The notes under the pieces were generated by a model. That model ran no database searches, was not told where the DNA came from, and was given only the letters and a program-made list of their open reading frames with translations. Positions 6,827 through 11,640 of a DNA stretch of 11,640 nt are shown here, piece by piece. Position 1 is the stretch's first letter, and each line of letters starts with the position of its first letter. The stretch spans positions 1-11,640 of the forward strand of contig JAOZPT010000066.1 in the NCBI GenBank assembly GCA_029932605.1, given 5' to 3'. Both the position numbers and the translations under genes were made by a program. This DNA is from Candidatus Zixiibacteriota bacterium (lineage in GTDB: Bacteria; Zixibacteria; MSB-5A5; UBA10806; 4484-95).

Positions 6827-8385
6827 TGCGCCAACTTCCCTGTCATTTTATCTTTTGAAACAGGAGCCACACAGACCCGATTACGACCTTGTTTTTTGGC
6901 CAGATACATTGCTCGGTCAACTTTTTCTAAAAGCTGTTCCGCGGAAAAGACACCATCCGGATAAATAGCTACTCCTATGGATACCGTAACTTTCATATGA
7001 CGCTGGCCCTGAGCATTTGAAAAATAGGAATTTTCCATCTGTGTTCTAATTCTTTCAGCAATGGATCTGGCATCATTTAGGTTGGTCTGGGGTAAAATAA
7101 CCATAAACTCCTCACCCCCATAGCGAACAACGATATCGACATCTCTGACACTCTGCTTTATTACACTCGCTATCTCCTGAAGAATTATATTACCTGTCTG
7201 GTGCCCCTGTGAATCGTTAATCTCCTTGAAATGGTCAATGTCAATCATTAAAAGTGAAATCTGTTGATGATATCTATCAGATCTGCGGATTTCATCTGTA
7301 AGCTTACTTCCAAAATAGCGGTAATTATAAAGACCGGTAAGTTCATCAATAACAGTTAAATCTTGCATTTTTTTATGCAGTCTGGCCATATCGATGGCAA
7401 TGGCCGTAGAGTTTGCAAACATTGTAAAGCTTTTCCGCTCTTTTTCAGAAAATTCACCCTTTTTCAAAGGTTCCAACTGCATAATACCCATCATCTTGCC
7501 ATGAGATATTAGAGGTAAATCAAGCATGAAAGACTTATTATTGGAAAATATTTTGGTTTTATCGGTTGATGATAATTTTGAAGACATATCGATACCTGTT
7601 GGCCGAACCTCTGAATACATAAGCGGAGGATTATAAAAAGTCTTTTTCCCTGTATTCGATTCGGCATAAAGATAAAGATTTTTCCCGGATTCTCCCGAAA
7701 GCAGAATAGTGCATTTTCTCACCCGTAAAAGCTTATTGGCAATATCCAAAACCTCCTCTAATAGCTGGTCCATATCAAGAATTGTTGAAAGTGCCCTTGT
7801 GGTCTCATACACATTTTCAAGCATAACCTGTGATGTTTCAAGTTCCCAGGTCCTTTCATTAAGAATATCTAATGTTCTTAAAACCTTTCTTTCTGATGCT
7901 CTCATATAATAGGCAGTCATATAACCGATACCACCCAAAAGCCAGAAATAAAAAGTCCTCATTATAATAGTCATTAATTGCTTAAAGTTGGAGGGGAATA
8001 AAGCCACCAGAAAATAGCTTATAGAAAAAACAATTACAACAATACCAACTTCTTTAGCAGGCAAATATACCGATAATAACCCGATTAAAATATAATAACC
8101 GATGAACATTTGACTTTGAGCACCACCATCAAGAATAATAGAAATTCCTAAAAATACAGTATCAACACTAAAAAGGTAAAACAACATACTTCTACTTTTG
8201 ATCAATCGCTTTTGAGAAAGCGAAAACATCAACATATTTATGGCGATATAAACTGAAAATAATACAGTAAATAAAGTAAAATTATTAGGATGGGATGAAC
8301 CAAGATAGATCCAAAAGACTGCCGAAGCAATAAATAACCCTTTTGCTGAAAAATAAACCCTCTCTATTTTACTGTTAAATGTCAT
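6823..8385 (-). CDS. Membrane-bound GAF-GGDEF diguanylate cyclase
   Basis: About 5 N-terminal hydrophobic helices, a coiled-coil-like linker and a GAF-like region (LPLISHGKMMGIMQL...FSEKE...AIAI). The GGDEF domain has DELTGLYNYR, DIDHFKEINDSQGHQTGN, RYGGEEF, VTVSIGVA and DRAMYLAKKQGRN. RBS GAGGTG lies upstream. Confidence 0.95.
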   Translation of the reverse strand: MTFNSKIERVYFSAKGLFIASAVFWIYLGSSHPNNFTLFTVLFSVYIAINMLMFSLSQKRLIKSRSMLFYLFSVDTVFLGISIILDGGAQSQMFIGYYILIGLLSVYLPAKEVGIVVIVFSISYFLVALFPSNFKQLMTIIMRTFYFWLLGGIGYMTAYYMRASERKVLRTLDILNERTWELETSQVMLENVYETTRALSTILDMDQLLEEVLDIANKLLRVRKCTILLSGESGKNLYLYAESNTGKKTFYNPPLMYSEVRPTGIDMSSKLSSTDKTKIFSNNKSFMLDLPLISHGKMMGIMQLEPLKKGEFSEKERKSFTMFANSTAIAIDMARLHKKMQDLTVIDELTGLYNYRYFGSKLTDEIRRSDRYHQQISLLMIDIDHFKEINDSQGHQTGNIILQEIASVIKQSVRDVDIVVRYGGEEFMVILPQTNLNDARSIAERIRTQMENSYFSNAQGQRHMKVTVSIGVAIYPDGVFSAEQLLEKVDRAMYLAKKQGRNRVCVAPVSKDKMTGKLAQ

Positions 8386-8434
8386 AGGTATAATTCCACC
8401 TCTAAATAACTATATCGTCACATGCTGTTATATA

Positions 8435-9838
8435 TTAAGATAATCCCCGGTGACCTTTTAAAAAGACTGCTTTTAAAACAGGTGGCGTAATTAATGTGGT
8501 TAGTATGACCATAATTATAACTGCTGAAAAGGTGCTTGAATCTATCACCGGTATACCATTTAAAATCATTTTCGAGCCGATACCGGCAAAAATCAAACCA
8601 ACCTCACCGCGGGGAATCATGCCAATTCCAACTACCCATTTATTGATTTTTTTCTCAAAAAGCACTCCAAGCGAACATACCTGTTTTCCAATTATAGCCA
8701 CCAACGTTAAAACAATGGCAAACCCTAATATTGAAAAATTGGTGAAACTTGTAAGGTCAACTCTTATACCCATATTGACAAAAAAGATCGGCACTAAAAA
8801 GGCCGCTATCGGTTTTAGAAGAACACTGAGTTCAGCTTCACCTTTCAGGGTTAAACTACGATAATGAACATCCTCTAAAATCAATCCAGCGGCGAAGGCT
8901 CCGACAATCGGTGCTAGATCTATTATTTTTGCAAAATATGCTAATAAAAAACAAAACATCAAAGCAAACGAAATAAGAAGGCCAGCACCCCTCATTTTCG
9001 AGACAAAACTAAAAATCCTAGGCGCCAGGAAGCTACCGACTAACAGTGAGCCAAATATAAATAAAAAAGCCTTAAGGATTATCAAAAGCACAGCTAGACT
9101 TGATATTCCTCCTCCATTGCCAGAACCTGCAGCCGAGATTATACCGGTTACAATAGAAAGTATCACCAGGCCAAGCACATCATCTATCACAGCTGCCCCC
9201 AGGATGATTTTCGATTCGCGGTATCTTAATCGACCCATGTCACTTAATACACGCGCCGTTATCCCAACCGAGGTGGCCGTAAGAGTTGCCCCGATAAAAA
9301 TATGAACATAAATCGAGGCTTCGGGTAAAAACCAAACCGATACACCCCAGCCCAGCAGAAACGGCGTAACAACACCAAGGATAGCCACTAAAAACGAGAC
9401 AAGACCAACCGATAACATCTCTTTTATACTGGTCTCAAGACCTACCTCGAATAGAAGGATTATGACACCTATCTCAGCCAGTATCTCTATCGATATATGA
9501 TGCTTGATTTGTTCAAACCCACCAAATCCCAAAAGGTATATATTCCCTAAAATCACTCCAAATACAAGTTCGCCCAGTACCGCCGGTTGTTTTACCCGTT
9601 CACAAAGATCACCACCGATTTTCGCTGCCATGAGAATTATTACAAGAGATAAAAGTATCGAACCGAAATCCTCTTCCTCCTTACAGTCACCCTCTTCTAT
9701 AGGAGCTGTTTTCTGCGTTACGCTTGAAGTATCACTTTCATCAACCGCATTACCTGGTGCATCATGAACCTGGGCCAGTGTTTGATATACCATTAAAGTA
9801 GTCAGACATATTATGAACAATATTAAAATCTTCTTCAT
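8435..9838 (-). CDS. Cation:proton antiporter, CPA2 family (NapA-like), with N-terminal signal-peptide-like extension
   Basis: Motifs QPAVLGEL, GVIILLFEVGLET, TATSVGIT, AAVIDDVLGL (DD motif), GAFAAGL, PIFFVNMG, IIGK and GMIPRGEVGLI, with about 12-13 TM segments. RBS GGGAGAGG. Confidence 0.93.
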   Translation of the reverse strand: MKKILILFIICLTTLMVYQTLAQVHDAPGNAVDESDTSSVTQKTAPIEEGDCKEEEDFGSILLSLVIILMAAKIGGDLCERVKQPAVLGELVFGVILGNIYLLGFGGFEQIKHHISIEILAEIGVIILLFEVGLETSIKEMLSVGLVSFLVAILGVVTPFLLGWGVSVWFLPEASIYVHIFIGATLTATSVGITARVLSDMGRLRYRESKIILGAAVIDDVLGLVILSIVTGIISAAGSGNGGGISSLAVLLIILKAFLFIFGSLLVGSFLAPRIFSFVSKMRGAGLLISFALMFCFLLAYFAKIIDLAPIVGAFAAGLILEDVHYRSLTLKGEAELSVLLKPIAAFLVPIFFVNMGIRVDLTSFTNFSILGFAIVLTLVAIIGKQVCSLGVLFEKKINKWVVGIGMIPRGEVGLIFAGIGSKMILNGIPVIDSSTFSAVIIMVILTTLITPPVLKAVFLKGHRGLS

Positions 9839-9913
9839 CTTTCCTCTCCCTTACTAAAGCTCACCCGAAAAACATATAACAAGCTTGACCACCTGACAAG
9901 ATATTTGTAAATG

Positions 9914-9942
9914 TTGACAATCAATTCATTAAAGGATATAAT
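9914..9942 (+). promoter_or_regulatory. Consensus sigma70-type promoter for the CPBP-PAP2 pair
   Basis: TTGACA (9914-9919), 17-nt spacer, TATAAT (9937-9942): a perfect consensus in the divergent intergenic region. Confidence 0.8.
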
Positions 9943-9967
9943 GGACTCTGAAAGATACCGTATTGTT

Positions 9968-10672
9968 ATGGCCAATTCTCAAAATGAAAAAACGGACCAA
10001 CCAAGTTTTAAAAAGCCCGAATTTAAAATATTTTTTATTCTTCTTTATACGTCGCTGGCTTTAACAATTTTCAGATACTACGGCTCGGCCGAATTCTATT
10101 CTAATAACATATCCACAAGCTCTGGACCGCAAAACCAGTATTATTATTTCCTTTCCTCTTTTATCATTTTAGGGATAATCCCCATCCTTATATCGACCCT
10201 TGGTTTTAAAATGAAATTAACTGATATAGGCCTCGGAATCGGTGATTTTAAAAAAGTGATATTTTTCATGCTAATCGGTATGCCAATAATTATCCTTTTA
10301 GCTTACCTATCGTCAAAAAACCCGGCCTTTAAAGCAGAATACCCTCTTCACCGCGCCTTTTTGGCAGGGCAGAATAAGCTGTTAGTGTATTTATTGATCT
10401 ATGGCTTATACTATATTGGCTGGGAGACATTCTTCAGGGGATTTATGCTTTGGGGCTTACGGGAACATTTTGGCGATACAGCAAGTATCCTGATTCAGAC
10501 TATTCCCTCCTGTTTAATGCATATAGGTAAACCCGACGTTGAAGTTTTTGCTTCCATAGTAGCCGGCCTGGTTTTCGGGTGGGTGGTTTTACGGTGCCGC
10601 TCCATCTGGCCTGTTTTTATCTGCCATTGGGGTCTGGGAGTCTTTTTAGATATTTTTATTATATACGGTTAA
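9968..10672 (+). CDS. CPBP family (CAAX protease/Abi) intramembrane glutamic/metallo-protease-like protein
   Basis: Polytopic membrane ORF with motifs WETFFRG (EExxxR variant), LMHIGKP, GLVFGW, RCRSIW and ICHW. The start is placed at ATG 9968 because the upstream ATGs (9911, 9941) fall upstream of or within the consensus promoter. Confidence 0.85.
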   Translation: MANSQNEKTDQPSFKKPEFKIFFILLYTSLALTIFRYYGSAEFYSNNISTSSGPQNQYYYFLSSFIILGIIPILISTLGFKMKLTDIGLGIGDFKKVIFFMLIGMPIIILLAYLSSKNPAFKAEYPLHRAFLAGQNKLLVYLLIYGLYYIGWETFFRGFMLWGLREHFGDTASILIQTIPSCLMHIGKPDVEVFASIVAGLVFGWVVLRCRSIWPVFICHWGLGVFLDIFIIYG

Positions 10673-10674
10673 TT

Positions 10675-11559
10675 ATGCTAAAAGGTAATCTGAAAAAGTT
10701 ACGGGCCATTGACGCAATTATCATACTGTATTCTTTAATAATGATCGTTTTAAACGTATCGTTTGGTTACAGGCTAAATTACCAACTTACCAACGTAATT
10801 ACATACATCGGCTGTATTTCAATCAGCATTATATTCACAGCTCTTAGGGTAAAATTCAACATGTCTATTGTGAAAATCCTGTCAAATCTATACCCTATTA
10901 TATTATTAATCGCCTTTTATGAGGTGTCAGGATTTCAGATTCACATCTTCTTCAGCGGATTTTACGACAGTATCTTACTTAAAATCGAAAATGCCCTTTT
11001 TACAGTCCATCCGACAGTATGGCTTCAACAATTCAATCATCCCTTGTTCACGGAATGGATGATGTTTGGCTATTCGGCATATTTATTATTATTACCTTTC
11101 ACGGTCGGTTGGCTTTTTTTCAAAGGCAGTCAAAAAGAGTCCGAGAATTTAGTTTTGAGCCTGCTCATCTCATTTTTTATCTGTTATATCGTTTTTATCT
11201 TACTACCTGTAGAGGGACCTCGTTTTGTTCTGGCAGATCAATACACGGTAACATTCAAAGGTTACTTTTTTATGAATATCGTCGAGCTATTAGAGAATAA
11301 GGCCATGCTTCACGGCGGCGCTTTTCCCTCAGCTCATTGCTCTGCCGCCACAGTGATGCTTATACTGTCATACAAATATGATAAAAAACTGTACTTTTTA
11401 ATACTCCCCATTATCATAACATTGTACATCTCGACCATGTATGGAAGATACCATTACCCCTTAGATGTCCTTGCTGGAATTATCGCAGGTATTGTCGGTA
11501 TAAAGCTCTCTTATCCAATCGAGAAATTATGGGGTAAGATAACAAACAATTCTTCTTGA
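10675..11559 (+). CDS. PAP2-superfamily integral membrane phosphatase/phosphotransferase (Aur1/PAP2_3-like)
   Basis: Motifs PVEGPR, AFPSAH and YGRYHYPLDVLAG (catalytic His-His-Asp), with several TM helices. ATG 10675 lies 2 nt after the CPBP stop and is preferred over the 10579 start in the ORF track. Confidence 0.9.
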   Translation: MLKGNLKKLRAIDAIIILYSLIMIVLNVSFGYRLNYQLTNVITYIGCISISIIFTALRVKFNMSIVKILSNLYPIILLIAFYEVSGFQIHIFFSGFYDSILLKIENALFTVHPTVWLQQFNHPLFTEWMMFGYSAYLLLLPFTVGWLFFKGSQKESENLVLSLLISFFICYIVFILLPVEGPRFVLADQYTVTFKGYFFMNIVELLENKAMLHGGAFPSAHCSAATVMLILSYKYDKKLYFLILPIIITLYISTMYGRYHYPLDVLAGIIAGIVGIKLSYPIEKLWGKITNNSS

Positions 11560-11583
11560 CTTAGAAATATCGCAAGGTATATT
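11556..11583 (+). promoter_or_regulatory. Probable promoter for the next downstream gene
   Basis: TTGACT (11556-11561, overlapping the PAP2 stop codon), 16-nt spacer, TATATT (11578-11583). A GGTGAG RBS-like sequence and ATGATG at 11635-11640 follow at the window edge. Confidence 0.4.
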
Positions 11584-11640
11584 TATAGGTAGAAAAGCAT
11601 TTTGGTGTTTGAAACATAGCCGGTGAGTTCTGATATGATG

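Noticed and set aside
4880..9767. Plus-strand ORFs antisense to anmK, nagZ, the DGC and the antiporter
   Set aside because: These are codon-mirror antisense frames of well-supported genes with no independent protein signatures.
11019..11300. 93-aa alternative-frame ORF inside the PAP2 gene
   Set aside because: It is nested in a conserved CDS and has no motif support.

Overview
This is an AT-rich bacterial chromosomal segment. The Cys-flanked dockerin style suggests candidate phylum Zixibacteria or a related FCB/CFB lineage, which is an inference only. There are three transcription units. (1) A stand-alone minus-strand gene encodes a 975-aa secreted, acidic, multi-beta-domain protein with a dockerin-like Ca2+-binding duplicated module. 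It has a consensus sigma70-type promoter, a ~240-nt leader and an intrinsic terminator. (2) A tightly packed minus-strand run encodes a CPA2 Na+(K+)/H+ antiporter, a membrane GAF-GGDEF diguanylate cyclase, NagZ, AnmK and a SpoIID/LytB lytic transglycosylase, placing a c-di-GMP enzyme in a peptidoglycan turnover/recycling cluster. (3) A divergent plus-strand pair encodes a CPBP (CAAX/Abi) intramembrane protease-like protein and a PAP2/Aur1-like membrane phosphatase or phosphotransferase, behind a perfect TTGACA-N17-TATAAT promoter. I saw no rRNA, tRNA, CRISPR array or mobile element. The three most notable observations are a dockerin apparently inserted inside another domain, an orphan 12-nt perfect Shine-Dalgarno with a mini-ORF, hairpin and U-tract in the long leader, and the DGC-nagZ-anmK-spoIID overlap chain.
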